64,000 bases of DNA from Litorivicinaceae bacterium (GTDB lineage Bacteria; Pseudomonadota; Gammaproteobacteria; Pseudomonadales; Litorivicinaceae), in contig CBFHVZ010000006.1 in assembly GCA_965659195.1 (NCBI GenBank), forward strand, positions 2,076-66,075, given 5' to 3'. Every line of letters starts with the position of its first letter. Position 1 is the first letter of the stretch. The notes below the pieces were generated by a model. That model was not told the DNA's origin and searched no databases. It was given only the letters and a program-made list of their open reading frames with translations. The position numbers and the translations under genes are program-made. Below are positions 53,082 to 62,336 of this stretch, piece after piece.

Positions 53082-54091
53082 GCGGCGCGAACTTCACCGA
53101 CCAACCCCTGATCGCTCACTTAATCGAGCTTCGTGATCGCACCATTCGGGTGCTGATTGCCGTGTTGCTCTTTTTCCTGTGCTTTATCGCGTTCGCCAAT
53201 GATTTATATGCCTATCTAGCGGCACCGCTGCAGTCGTTACTGCCCGATGGCTCTTCGATGATCGCGACTCAAGTGGCCTCGCCATTTTTAGCGCCCTTCA
53301 AATTGGCGCTGTACTTGAGCGTCTATTGTGCAGCTCCTGTGATTTTGTATCAGCTGTGGGGCTTTATCGCGCCAGGGCTCTACCAAAACGAAAAGAAAAT
53401 CGCAGCGCCCCTACTGATCTCGAGCATCATCTTGTTCTACGCAGGGATGGCGTTCGCGTACTTCATCGTTTTCCCATTGGTGTTTGGCTTCTTTACGACC
53501 GTCGGGCCCACAGGCGTCACGGTCATGACAGACATCGATGCGTACCTGAGTTTCGTACTCAAGCTCTTTTTAGCCTTCGGACTGGCTTTCGAGATTCCGA
53601 TCGCCACGATGTTGCTAATCAAAGCCGGCGTGGCCTCGATTGAGACACTGAAAACCAAACGCCCTTACGTATTTATCGGATGTTTTGTCGTCGGCATGTT
53701 GGTCACACCACCAGACATGATTAGCCAGACGCTGTTGGCGGTCCCCATGTGGTTGCTGTTTGAGGCTGGGTTGATTGGCGCGAAATTCCTTGGTGGGCCG
53801 AGTAAGAAAGACGACGAATCAAGCGAATCGGAGGCAGACCCTGATCTAGACTCCGATCACGAAGCCGACAGTGAGCCATCTGCAGACACCCCCCGACTCA
53901 CCGACGACCGGATGCCATCTGAGGAACAAGATCCTAATGAGATCGATGAGTTTGATCTCTACGCACCGATACCACCGGATGAAAACGATTCGCCGATCAG
54001 CGAGGCACAGGCGTCAGGATCAACCCCACTGGATCTCGACGAGAACGCGCAAGCACCTAATCGCGACGTGGGACCGAAGAAGCCGGATTAA
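53078..54091 (+). CDS. tatC: twin-arginine translocase subunit TatC with a long acidic C-terminal extension
   Basis: Six-TM TatC core (residues ~1-238, e.g. HLIELRDR, SPFLAPFKL, FEIPIATMLL). It is followed by a ~99-aa D/E/S/P-rich tail. 337 aa, against roughly 250-260 aa for typical TatC. Confidence 0.9.
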   Translation: MSGANFTDQPLIAHLIELRDRTIRVLIAVLLFFLCFIAFANDLYAYLAAPLQSLLPDGSSMIATQVASPFLAPFKLALYLSVYCAAPVILYQLWGFIAPGLYQNEKKIAAPLLISSIILFYAGMAFAYFIVFPLVFGFFTTVGPTGVTVMTDIDAYLSFVLKLFLAFGLAFEIPIATMLLIKAGVASIETLKTKRPYVFIGCFVVGMLVTPPDMISQTLLAVPMWLLFEAGLIGAKFLGGPSKKDDESSESEADPDLDSDHEADSEPSADTPRLTDDRMPSEEQDPNEIDEFDLYAPIPPDENDSPISEAQASGSTPLDLDENAQAPNRDVGPKKPD

Positions 54092-55050
54092 TAGCCGTAC
54101 AGTGCAGCCATCTGACGATTAGCTGCACATAAGGCTTCAGCCATGCCCGGCGTAAACGCACTGTGTCCACCCGCCGCCGGCGTGACCAATTGAAGCCGAG
54201 GCCATGCGGCCTTCAAGCGGTCGGCATTTGATACCTGACAGACATGATCACAGGCGCCGTGCACTAATATGCCTGGCACACCCTCCAGATCAGTGACTTG
54301 CTCCACCACCGCATCGATCTCAAGAAAACAACGATGGCGGATGTAGTGGTGCTCGATTTGCGCCATCGCCAAGGACTCTGAGAGCCCCCCTTCGGTCTTA
54401 CCGCCGACTGTCTCATCGCAAATGGCCACTCGGTATTCCCATAGGTTCCAGGCGCGGGCTGCACGGTTTTTGGCAAAACTGTCTTCGCTGTGAAGCAAAT
54501 GACCGTAGCCAGACAAAATCGAGGTCAAACTGTCATCAGACAGGCCTCTGAGGGGCGCTAGGAAATCGCGCCATGCTCTCGGGTACAAGACCCCTGCTCC
54601 ACCGCCATACAACCACTGAAGCTCCGGCTCCGTGGCCAGAAAAGCGCCTCGCAGTACCAGCCCCAACACCTGGTCTGGATGGCGAGCAGCATACAGGAGG
54701 GACAAGGTGGCACCCCATGAACCCCCAAACAGGACAAATCGTTTAAAGCCGAGTTCGTCCGCCAATAACTGGATGTCGTCCAACAACAACTCGGTAGTAT
54801 TGGCTTCAAGCGCACCAGACGGCCGAGAGCGGCCCGCCCCACGTTGATCAAAGGCCATGACATGAAACACGCCCAAATCAAAGAAACGATGCATCAGTGG
54901 CGATAGGCCCGCGCCCGGTCCGCCATGAAGACAAATGACTGGCAACCCGGACGGGTTGCCATACATTTCATAGTAGAGATCAAACGCCTGATCGGCGGTT
55001 TGGATATGACCGGTTTGATAAGCCGGTTGAGCCGGATAAATCCTGTGCAT
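54088..55050 (-). CDS. pip: prolyl aminopeptidase (proline iminopeptidase, alpha/beta hydrolase)
   Basis: LHGGPG oxyanion motif and nucleophile elbow GGSWGATL. ATG 55050 is the first start that does not overlap the typA 3' end. The track ORF extends to 55107. Confidence 0.8.
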   Translation of the reverse strand: MHRIYPAQPAYQTGHIQTADQAFDLYYEMYGNPSGLPVICLHGGPGAGLSPLMHRFFDLGVFHVMAFDQRGAGRSRPSGALEANTTELLLDDIQLLADELGFKRFVLFGGSWGATLSLLYAARHPDQVLGLVLRGAFLATEPELQWLYGGGAGVLYPRAWRDFLAPLRGLSDDSLTSILSGYGHLLHSEDSFAKNRAARAWNLWEYRVAICDETVGGKTEGGLSESLAMAQIEHHYIRHRCFLEIDAVVEQVTDLEGVPGILVHGACDHVCQVSNADRLKAAWPRLQLVTPAAGGHSAFTPGMAEALCAANRQMAALYGY

Positions 55051-55078
55051 TGCGCCCCCTATGGGGCGGCACGCACTC

Positions 55079-56902
55079 CTAGCCCGCCGCCTTTGACCGG
55101 CCCGCACGCTTGCGGTCGGCCTCTTTCAACAATTTTTTACGCAGGCGGATGTGATTTGGCGTCACCTCCACGAGCTCATCATCATCGATGAATTCCAAAG
55201 CCGACTCAAGGGTCACTCGAACCGGCGGCGTCAAAATCAAGTTCTCATCGGTACCGGCGGCTCGGATGTTGGTCAGCTGCTTGCCTTTGACAGGGTTCAC
55301 CGGTAAATCGTTGTCACGCGAGTGAATACCCAAAATCATCCCTTCGTACACGTCGACGCCCGCACCGACCATCAGCTTCCCGCGGTCTTGGAGGTTGTAT
55401 AACGAGTAGGCCGTGGTCGTCCCATCGATCATGGAGACCAGCACACCGTTGATCCGGTTGCCCAGCTCACCCGGTTTCACAGGACCGTAGTGATCAAAGA
55501 CACTGCTCATGATACCGGTACCCGAGGTCATGGTCAGAAACGCAGAGCGGAATCCAATCAGGCCGCGCGCGGCGATGATGTATTCCAGACGGATTCGACC
55601 TTGACCGTCCGGGGCCATGTTTTTCATGTCACCTTTGCGCATGCCCATGGCTTCCATCACAGGGCCTTGGTGCTGCTCTTCGATGTCAATCACGACAAAT
55701 TCGTAAGGTTCCTCGCGGACTCCATCGACCTCACGGACAATCACTTCAGGGCGCGACACGCCGAGCTCGAAGCCTTCACGTCGCATCGATTCGATTAAGA
55801 CCGAGAGGTGCAGCTCGCCCCGTCCAGAGACTTTGAACTTATCAGGCGAGTCACCTGGCTCAACGCGTAAGGCCACGTTGTGGATCAGTTCACGCTCAAG
55901 CCGTTCTTTGATGTTTCGAGAAGTGACGAACTTTCCGTCTTTGCCGGCAAACGGGCTGTCATTGACTTGGAAAGTCATACTGACGGTTGGCTCATCGACG
56001 GACAACGGCGGCAATGCCTCAGGGGCATCGACCGCACAGATCGTATCGGAAATCGACAGCGGATCGATCCCAGTAATACACACGATGTCGCCTGCGGTGG
56101 CCTCTTGGGTCTCGATGCGCTCAAGGCCCAAATAGCCAAGAATTTGTAGGATCTTCCCATTACGGCTCTTGCCATCGGCACCGATCACCGTGACTTGCTG
56201 GTTCCGCTTAATGACGCCACGACGGATGCGTCCGACGCCGATGACCCCTTGGAAGCTGTTGTAGTCTAGAGCAGAAATTTGTAATTGAAGCGGGCCTTCT
56301 AAGTCGACTTCAGGCACCGGACAGTGATCGACGATCGCTTGCAGAATCGGCTCCATGCTCTCTTGCAGGGCATCGGGCTCAGAGCCCGAGAGTCCGTTGA
56401 TGGCCGAGCAATAGACCACTGGGAAATCCAACTGCTCATCGGTTGCGCCAAGCTGATCAAAGAGGTCAAACACCTTATCGATTGCACCGTGCGGATCTGC
56501 GCCTACTTTGTCGACTTTGTTGACGATCACAATCGGCTTCAGGCCCTGCGCAAACGCTTTTTGGGTCACGAACCGGGTTTGTGGCATCGGGCCTTCGGCC
56601 GCATCGACTACCAACAACACCGCATCCACCATCGACAACACACGCTCGACTTCACCGCCGAAGTCTGCGTGGCCCGGGGTATCCACCACGTTGATCCGGT
56701 AATCGTTCCAAGTCAGGCCTGTGTTTTTAGCCAGAATGGTGATGCCGCGCTCTTTTTCCTGATCGTTAGAATCCATCACGCGTTCGTTTAAGATTTCTTT
56801 TCGATCCAGCGTCCCTGATGCGGCGAGCAGCTTGTCTACAAGGGTCGTTTTGCCATGGTCGACGTGGGCGATAATGGCGACGTTTCGTATCCGTTCAATC
56901 AT
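55079..56902 (-). CDS. typA: translational GTPase TypA/BipA
   Basis: [24 protein letters not shown]1 motif, then [11 protein letters not shown] and NKVD. 607 aa from ATG 56902, which is preceded by GGAGGA. The track ORF is 5'-extended by 50 codons into the glnA regulatory region. Confidence 0.93.
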   Translation of the reverse strand: MIERIRNVAIIAHVDHGKTTLVDKLLAASGTLDRKEILNERVMDSNDQEKERGITILAKNTGLTWNDYRINVVDTPGHADFGGEVERVLSMVDAVLLVVDAAEGPMPQTRFVTQKAFAQGLKPIVIVNKVDKVGADPHGAIDKVFDLFDQLGATDEQLDFPVVYCSAINGLSGSEPDALQESMEPILQAIVDHCPVPEVDLEGPLQLQISALDYNSFQGVIGVGRIRRGVIKRNQQVTVIGADGKSRNGKILQILGYLGLERIETQEATAGDIVCITGIDPLSISDTICAVDAPEALPPLSVDEPTVSMTFQVNDSPFAGKDGKFVTSRNIKERLERELIHNVALRVEPGDSPDKFKVSGRGELHLSVLIESMRREGFELGVSRPEVIVREVDGVREEPYEFVVIDIEEQHQGPVMEAMGMRKGDMKNMAPDGQGRIRLEYIIAARGLIGFRSAFLTMTSGTGIMSSVFDHYGPVKPGELGNRINGVLVSMIDGTTTAYSLYNLQDRGKLMVGAGVDVYEGMILGIHSRDNDLPVNPVKGKQLTNIRAAGTDENLILTPPVRVTLESALEFIDDDELVEVTPNHIRLRKKLLKEADRKRAGRSKAAG

Positions 56903-56981
56903 AGTTTCCTCCGAGCGCGCGGGAGTATACCGGGAACTCCATGACAGCAGTGCGTTTTTTTCCCGCAACACACCGACGGTC

Positions 56982-57064
56982 TGCACCATTATGGTGATCC
57001 ATTTTGGTGCGTTTGCACAATTTAGGTGCATATTGGCGCGATCTTCAGGCACAATGGTGGAGCA
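56982..57064. promoter_or_regulatory. three NtrC-type enhancer sites upstream of glnA
   Basis: TGCACC-attat-GGTGAT at 56982-56998, TGCACA-attta-GGTGCA at 57014-57030 and GGCACA-atggt-GGAGCA at 57048-57064, compared with TGCACC-N5-GGTGCA. Centre-to-centre spacing is 32 and 34 bp. Confidence 0.65.
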
Positions 57065-57093
57065 AATGCATACAACATAAGCCTTGCAAAAGT

Positions 57094-57109
57094 AGGCACG
57101 GGCTTTGCT
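57094..57109 (+). promoter_or_regulatory. sigma-54 (-24/-12) promoter of glnA (glnAp2-like)
   Basis: AGGCAC-GGGCT-TTGCT, with GG at 57095-57096 and GC at 57107-57108 (GG-N10-GC). About 65 nt upstream of the glnA ATG. Confidence 0.7.
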
Positions 57110-57172
57110 ATACGCTTTTGAGTACTCCCACCGAAGGTGGCGAGGTTTTGCATGCCAAACACGGAGTCAGAC

Positions 57173-58579
57173 ATGTCTGAAAAAACACTTAAATTGATTG
57201 CCGAAAGCGAAGCCCGTTGGGTTGATCTACGTTTCACAGATCCGCGCGGCAAAGAGCAGCACGTAACCTTCCCAGCGTCCTCAGTCGACAGCGAATTTTT
57301 CGCCGAAGGCGCCATGTTTGACGGGTCATCGATCGCTGGATGGAAGTCGATCAACGAATCCGACATGATCTTGTTGCCAGACGACTCGACTGCAGTGGTC
57401 GATCCCTTTACCGAGGAAGTCACCATCAATATCCGCTGCGACATCGTTGAGCCATCGACTATGCAGGGCTACGATCGTGACCCTCGTTCAGTCGCGCACC
57501 GCGCAGAAGCCTATTTGAAGTCGACCGGTATCGGTGACACCTGCTTCTTCGGACCTGAGCCAGAATTCTTCGTATTCGACAGCGTTCAGTGGAAAGCTGA
57601 TATGCAGGGTGCGATGTACAAAATCGAATCAGAAGAAGCCGCTTGGTCAAGCCACGCGGAATTCGAAGGCGGCAACATGGGCCACCGTCCATCCGTGAAA
57701 GGCGGCTACTTCCCAGTACCTCCAATCGATTCGAGCATGGACCTTCGGACTGCCATGTGTGAAACCATGGAAGCCATGGGTCTGAGCATCGAGGTTCATC
57801 ACCACGAAGTCGCTACAGCCGGTCAGAATGAAATCGGTGTGAAGTTCAACACCCTGACTAAGAAAGCCGATGAAGTGCAAATTTTGAAGTATGTGGTGCA
57901 CAACGTAGCGCACGCGTACGGCAAAACAGCCACCTTCATGCCAAAGCCACTGGTCGGCGACAACGGGTCAGGCATGCACTGCCATCAGTCTATCTGGAAA
58001 GACGGCCAGAACCTGTTCGCGGGCAATGGCTATGCCGGTTTGTCAGATACAGCCCTTTATTACATCGGCGGTATCATCAAGCACGCGCGTGCGCTGAACG
58101 CGTTCACCAACTCATCAACCAACTCATACAAGCGTTTGGTACCTGGCTTCGAAGCCCCTGTGATGTTGGCTTACTCAGCCCGTAACCGTTCGGCATCGAT
58201 CCGTATTCCATACGTGAACAGCCCGAAAGGTCGTCGCATTGAGTGCCGCTTCCCTGATCCAACGGCCAACCCATACCTCGCGTTCTCTGCCATGTTGATG
58301 GCCGGTCTTGACGGTATCCAGAACAAGATCCACCCAGGCGAAGCCGCGGACAAGGACTTGTACGACCTGCCAGCAGAAGAAGCCGCCAAGATCCCAACTG
58401 TTGCCTCAAGTTTGGAGCAAGCGTTGGATGCCTTGGACGCAGATCGCGCGTTCTTGACCGCCGGTGGCGTATTCACCGACGACATGATCGATGGCTTCAT
58501 CGAACTGAAGCGCGGCGAAGTAGAACGTCTGAACATGACCACGCATCCGGTCGAGTTCGGCATGTACTACAGCGTATAA
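57173..58579 (+). CDS. glnA: glutamine synthetase type I
   Basis: 468 aa from ATG 57173 ([23 protein letters not shown]). Adenylylation-site context [10 protein letters not shown]. Followed by ntrB-ntrC. The track ORF starts at GTG 57137. Confidence 0.95.
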   Translation: MSEKTLKLIAESEARWVDLRFTDPRGKEQHVTFPASSVDSEFFAEGAMFDGSSIAGWKSINESDMILLPDDSTAVVDPFTEEVTINIRCDIVEPSTMQGYDRDPRSVAHRAEAYLKSTGIGDTCFFGPEPEFFVFDSVQWKADMQGAMYKIESEEAAWSSHAEFEGGNMGHRPSVKGGYFPVPPIDSSMDLRTAMCETMEAMGLSIEVHHHEVATAGQNEIGVKFNTLTKKADEVQILKYVVHNVAHAYGKTATFMPKPLVGDNGSGMHCHQSIWKDGQNLFAGNGYAGLSDTALYYIGGIIKHARALNAFTNSSTNSYKRLVPGFEAPVMLAYSARNRSASIRIPYVNSPKGRRIECRFPDPTANPYLAFSAMLMAGLDGIQNKIHPGEAADKDLYDLPAEEAAKIPTVASSLEQALDALDADRAFLTAGGVFTDDMIDGFIELKRGEVERLNMTTHPVEFGMYYSV

Positions 58580-58585
58580 ACGGAA

Positions 58586-58605
58586 GGCCAGGGGCAACCC
58601 TGGCC
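58586..58605 (+). terminator. GC-rich hairpin between glnA and ntrB (possible partial terminator/attenuator)
   Basis: GGCCAGGG-GCAA-CCCTGGCC, 6 nt after the glnA stop, followed by ATTTCCC. The U-tract is weak. The ntrB ATG lies 8 nt further on. Confidence 0.4.
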
Positions 58606-58612
58606 ATTTCCC

Positions 58613-59674
58613 ATGGACCCGCGACTACTGGACTCACTCAACACCGGCATCGTGCTCTTAGATGAAGATCACCGAGTGTGTTGGACCAACGAAGCCGCTC
58701 GTCGCATCACGTCCATGGGCATGCGCCAATTGGCCTCCGCCCCCTTCGAAAGCTGGGTGGCGCCAGGCCAGGCCCATGAACTGAAAGAATCACTCACCCA
58801 CTGTATTGCCAGTGGACACAGTTTTACGTTTCGTGAACTGATCTTAGTTCGCGATGAGTCAACGACCACCACCGATGCGTCCTTCAGTCGCTTGCAAGAG
58901 TCTGTAGGTAAAGGATGCGTCCTTATTGAGCTGTCTGAAGTGGATCAATTACTGAAAATCACCCGCGACACGCGCATCCTGAATGACGAGGCGGGATTCC
59001 GTAAAGTCGTCCAAGGATTGGCGCATGAGGTGAAAAATCCACTCGGAGGCATCAAGGGGGCCGCTCAATTATTGGCCAAGGAAGCCGGCGCGGATCGTTA
59101 TCACGACTACCTCGATATTATTATTTCGGAAGCCGAACGGCTTCGAGCGCTGGTGGATCGCCTGTTGGGGTCGCCCCAAGCCACAGCCGACGAAGTGTTC
59201 AACATCCACCAGATCCTCGAGCGCGCGCGATCACTGATCAGCGCGGAATCCGGCGGGCAAATCACCACCGTGAGGGATTATGACCCGAGCTTGCCCGAGC
59301 TGACCGGGGATCGCAGTCAACTGCTGCAGGCCATCCTGAACATCGCAAAGAACGCGTTAGAAGCGGTGACGGAATCATCGACGGAGCAGCCCGAAATTCG
59401 GTTTAGCACGCGTGCGGTGCGACGCGCTCAACCGGGCACCAAGGGCGCACAGACACTGTTACGCGTGCGAATCGAAGACAACGGCCCCGGCATCCCGCCG
59501 GAACTGAAAGAACGCTTATTTTTTCCCATGGTCTCAGGCCGAGCACAAGGCTCGGGCATTGGCCTGTCAATTACGCAAACGATCATTGCACGCCACCATG
59601 GATGGGTTGAGGTGCATTCAGAGCCCGGTCATACGGCCTTTGACATCATTTTACCCTTTGGAGACGCCCGATGA
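58613..59674 (+). CDS. glnL: nitrogen regulation sensor histidine kinase NtrB
   Basis: PAS-like N-terminus, H-box LAHEVKNPLGGI, and N/G boxes (NIAKNALEA, DNGPGIP, GSGIGLS). 353 aa. Confidence 0.9.
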   Translation: MDPRLLDSLNTGIVLLDEDHRVCWTNEAARRITSMGMRQLASAPFESWVAPGQAHELKESLTHCIASGHSFTFRELILVRDESTTTTDASFSRLQESVGKGCVLIELSEVDQLLKITRDTRILNDEAGFRKVVQGLAHEVKNPLGGIKGAAQLLAKEAGADRYHDYLDIIISEAERLRALVDRLLGSPQATADEVFNIHQILERARSLISAESGGQITTVRDYDPSLPELTGDRSQLLQAILNIAKNALEAVTESSTEQPEIRFSTRAVRRAQPGTKGAQTLLRVRIEDNGPGIPPELKERLFFPMVSGRAQGSGIGLSITQTIIARHHGWVEVHSEPGHTAFDIILPFGDAR

Positions 59675-61095
59675 GCACTGCCACAGTTTGGGTCGTAGAC
59701 GACGACCGTTCAATTCGTTGGGTTTTGGAGAAAGCACTGACCGGAGCTGGCGTGGAGCATGCCGTATTCGACTCCGCGCAGGCGGCAAGGAAAGCGCTCG
59801 AAACCTCAACCCCAACCGTGGTCATGACCGATATCCGGATGCCCGGCGAAGACGGGTTATCGCTCCTTGAGCACCTGCATTCAGTGTCACCTAAATTACC
59901 CGTTATTGTGATGACAGCCCACTCCGATCTCGACAGCGCTGTGGCATCGTACTCGCGTGGTGCATTCGAGTATCTGCCCAAACCCTTTGATGTGGACGAT
60001 GCCATCTCGCTAGTGCAACGGGCGATGGAGCGGCATCAAGTGCCCACAGCCGAAACTCCCAGTGACACGCCCAATCATGCCCCACTGATCCTTGGGGAAG
60101 CGCCAGCGATGCAGGACGTATTTCGCGCCATCGGCCGGCTGTCGCAGGCCGAAATCACGGTGTTAATCAACGGTGAGTCTGGAACCGGAAAAGAATTGGT
60201 CGCTCACGCGCTTCATGCAAACTCGCCTAGAAAACAGGCACCATTTATCGCATTGAATATGGCAGCCATCCCCAAGGACTTGGTGGAATCTGAGTTATTC
60301 GGTCACGAAAAAGGGGCCTTCACAGGGGCAACTGGGAGTCGAACCGGTCGTTTCGAACAAGCCAACGGCGGCACCTTATTTTTGGATGAAATCGGGGACA
60401 TGCCATTTGACACGCAAACCCGATTGCTTCGCGTATTGGCTGACAATGAATTCTATCGCGTGGGCGGCTTATCGCCGGTCAAGGTCAATGTACGGATCAT
60501 CGCAGCCACTCACCAAGATCTCGAAGAACGCGTGAAACAGGGCTTATTCAGAGAGGACTTATTTCACCGTCTCAACGTCATCCGCATTCAGTTGCCCGCT
60601 CTGAGAGAACGCAAAGAAGATGTACCGGTGTTGGCAGATCACTTCCTGCATCACACCGCACAAGAACTCGGCACCGAAACCAAACGACTCAGCGAAGAGG
60701 CCAAGCAGATATTGTCTGACTTCTCTTGGCCAGGGAACGTGCGCCAATTGGAAAATACCTGTCGCTGGCTGTCTGTGATGGCACCCAATCCCGTGGTTCA
60801 GCCGCAAGACTTACCGCCTGAAATCATCCAAACGCGAGACACTCAACTGACACGAAGTAGCGGCTCCTGGACCGGACTGCTCCGTGAGCGTGCGGCGACA
60901 CTCTTGAAATCCCACGAAGGCGAGGTCATCGGTCGATTGACAGAAGAGTTTGAGCGCACCTTGATTGAGGTGGCACTGGCGGACACCGGCGGGCGGAAAA
61001 AAGAAGCCGCTGAGAAGTTAGGTTGGGGACGTAACACCCTGACCCGGAAACTCAAGGACTTGGGTTTCACGGACCATGGCGATTCTGACGACTGA
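59671..61095 (+). CDS. glnG: nitrogen regulation response regulator NtrC (sigma-54 activator)
   Basis: Receiver domain (VVDDD...VMTDIRMPGEDG), AAA+ Walker A GESGTGKE, sigma-54 contact loop GAFTGA, and a C-terminal Fis-type HTH. 474 aa. Confidence 0.93.
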   Translation: MSTATVWVVDDDRSIRWVLEKALTGAGVEHAVFDSAQAARKALETSTPTVVMTDIRMPGEDGLSLLEHLHSVSPKLPVIVMTAHSDLDSAVASYSRGAFEYLPKPFDVDDAISLVQRAMERHQVPTAETPSDTPNHAPLILGEAPAMQDVFRAIGRLSQAEITVLINGESGTGKELVAHALHANSPRKQAPFIALNMAAIPKDLVESELFGHEKGAFTGATGSRTGRFEQANGGTLFLDEIGDMPFDTQTRLLRVLADNEFYRVGGLSPVKVNVRIIAATHQDLEERVKQGLFREDLFHRLNVIRIQLPALRERKEDVPVLADHFLHHTAQELGTETKRLSEEAKQILSDFSWPGNVRQLENTCRWLSVMAPNPVVQPQDLPPEIIQTRDTQLTRSSGSWTGLLRERAATLLKSHEGEVIGRLTEEFERTLIEVALADTGGRKKEAAEKLGWGRNTLTRKLKDLGFTDHGDSDD

Positions 61096-61530
61096 TTAGT
61101 TAGTCGCTTGTTGCTTCCGCTGCTCGTGCAGCGCTTCAAAATTGATGGGTGCAAGCATCGGGGCTGGGAAAGTGGCTTTCACCGCGAGCGCATCGATGGT
61201 TTCACGGGCATACGGAAACAGAATGTTCGGACACATTGCGCCCAAAATGTGATCTTTGGTGGGCTCATCAAACCCTTGGATGACAAACACACCCGCTTGC
61301 TGAATCTCAACCAAAAATGCCGTTTCGTCTTCGGTCTTAACCGTCACACCCAAACGAAGTACGACTTCATATAGCGTGTCACTGACTGCCACGTGAGTGA
61401 CATCCACATCCAAGCTCAGTTTTGGGTTCCACTTTTTCTCAAAGATCTGCGGCGCTTTCGGCGATTCCAACGACAAATCTTTGGTAAAAACACGTGCGAT
61501 TGAAAAATTTTGTGCGGGTTGTTCAGACAT
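61096..61530 (-). CDS. secB: protein-export chaperone SecB
   Basis: 144 aa. FSIARVFTKDLSLESP N-terminus typical of SecB. Sits in the grxC-secB arrangement. Confidence 0.88.
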   Translation of the reverse strand: MSEQPAQNFSIARVFTKDLSLESPKAPQIFEKKWNPKLSLDVDVTHVAVSDTLYEVVLRLGVTVKTEDETAFLVEIQQAGVFVIQGFDEPTKDHILGAMCPNILFPYARETIDALAVKATFPAPMLAPINFEALHEQRKQQATN

Positions 61531-61792
61531 CGATCCCTGCTTCCTTTAACCACTGCTGGAGTTTTCCGGAGCGGAGGGCAGCCTGCGTGTCATCGCAGCC
61601 ACCGACATGGCGCTCCCCAATAAAGACCTGCGGCACAGTCCGACGTCCCGTCTTGGTCATCATCTCTTGGCGACGCGCGGGTTCTTTATCGACACGGATT
61701 TCCGTGTACCCAACGCCCAAGTCGTCAAACAAGCGCTTGGCCATCACGCAAAATGGACACAAACCGGTGGTATACATCACAACACCGCTCAT
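61523..61792 (-). CDS. grxC: glutaredoxin 3
   Basis: CPFC active site (YTTGLCPFCVMAKRL), TVPQVFI and GGCDD motifs. ATG 61792 forms an ATGA overlap with the upstream stop. The track ORF is extended to 61834. Confidence 0.9.
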   Translation of the reverse strand: MSGVVMYTTGLCPFCVMAKRLFDDLGVGYTEIRVDKEPARRQEMMTKTGRRTVPQVFIGERHVGGCDDTQAALRSGKLQQWLKEAGIDV

Positions 61793-62214
61793 GAGGACTT
61801 GCCCTTCTTTACAGGCAGTGAGGCAGCCGTCCATTCGCTCATGCCACCCGATAAGCGGACCACGTTTTCAAAACCGCGCTTTTTCAAAGTTTTCGCGATC
61901 GCACCAGCCGCCGTACCCATCTTACAAACGACGATCACGGGGCGAGTTTTGTGGCGATCAATTTCAGAGACTTTGGTATTCAACACACTGACCGGCAAAT
62001 TCACCGCACCTGAAATATGCCCTTGCGCAAAGTCCTTCGACTCACGGATATCCAATACCAGCGCATTGTCTTGGTTCATCATGCGCGTGGCTTCGGTGGT
62101 GTTCACACTTTTTCCTGCTTTTCTGGATTCCGTGTAAAACAAAGTGGCAGCGGCGGAGAGCCAGACAACGATAAGCATCCAGTTCTCGGTAGCGAATCCG
62201 ATAAAATCTTGCAT
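61789..62214 (-). CDS. yibN: membrane-anchored rhodanese-domain protein (YibN-like)
   Basis: N-terminal TM (NWMLIVVWLSAAATLFY), a rhodanese domain and active-site loop VVCKMGTAAG. yibN-grxC-secB order as in E. coli. The start is uncertain: ATG 62214 or TTG 62238. Confidence 0.7.
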   Translation of the reverse strand: MQDFIGFATENWMLIVVWLSAAATLFYTESRKAGKSVNTTEATRMMNQDNALVLDIRESKDFAQGHISGAVNLPVSVLNTKVSEIDRHKTRPVIVVCKMGTAAGAIAKTLKKRGFENVVRLSGGMSEWTAASLPVKKGKSS

Positions 62215-62336
62215 AGTTAGAGAGAGGCCGTGATCCAAATTAAGACGTCGAGTATAATGATGTGGCTGACGAAGTCACGAGCAGAACCTGAATATATGGT
62301 GCTTGTGACCTAAAACCTTGCACTCTGGACACACAC

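Noticed and set aside
56903-57052. 50-codon N-terminal extension of typA in the ORF track, and similar extensions of aroB to 35281, pip to 55107, grxC to 61834, ubiB from 49743 and glnA from 57137
   Set aside because: In each case a downstream ATG has a Shine-Dalgarno or forms an ATGA/stop overlap with the neighbour. That ATG also yields the canonical family N-terminus, for example [19 protein letters not shown] for TypA. The typA extension additionally covers the NtrC-site array of glnA.
62239-62336. TATAAT at about 62254-62259 as the gpmI promoter
   Set aside because: No acceptable -35 element lies at 16-18 nt spacing, so it is too weak to call from sequence alone.
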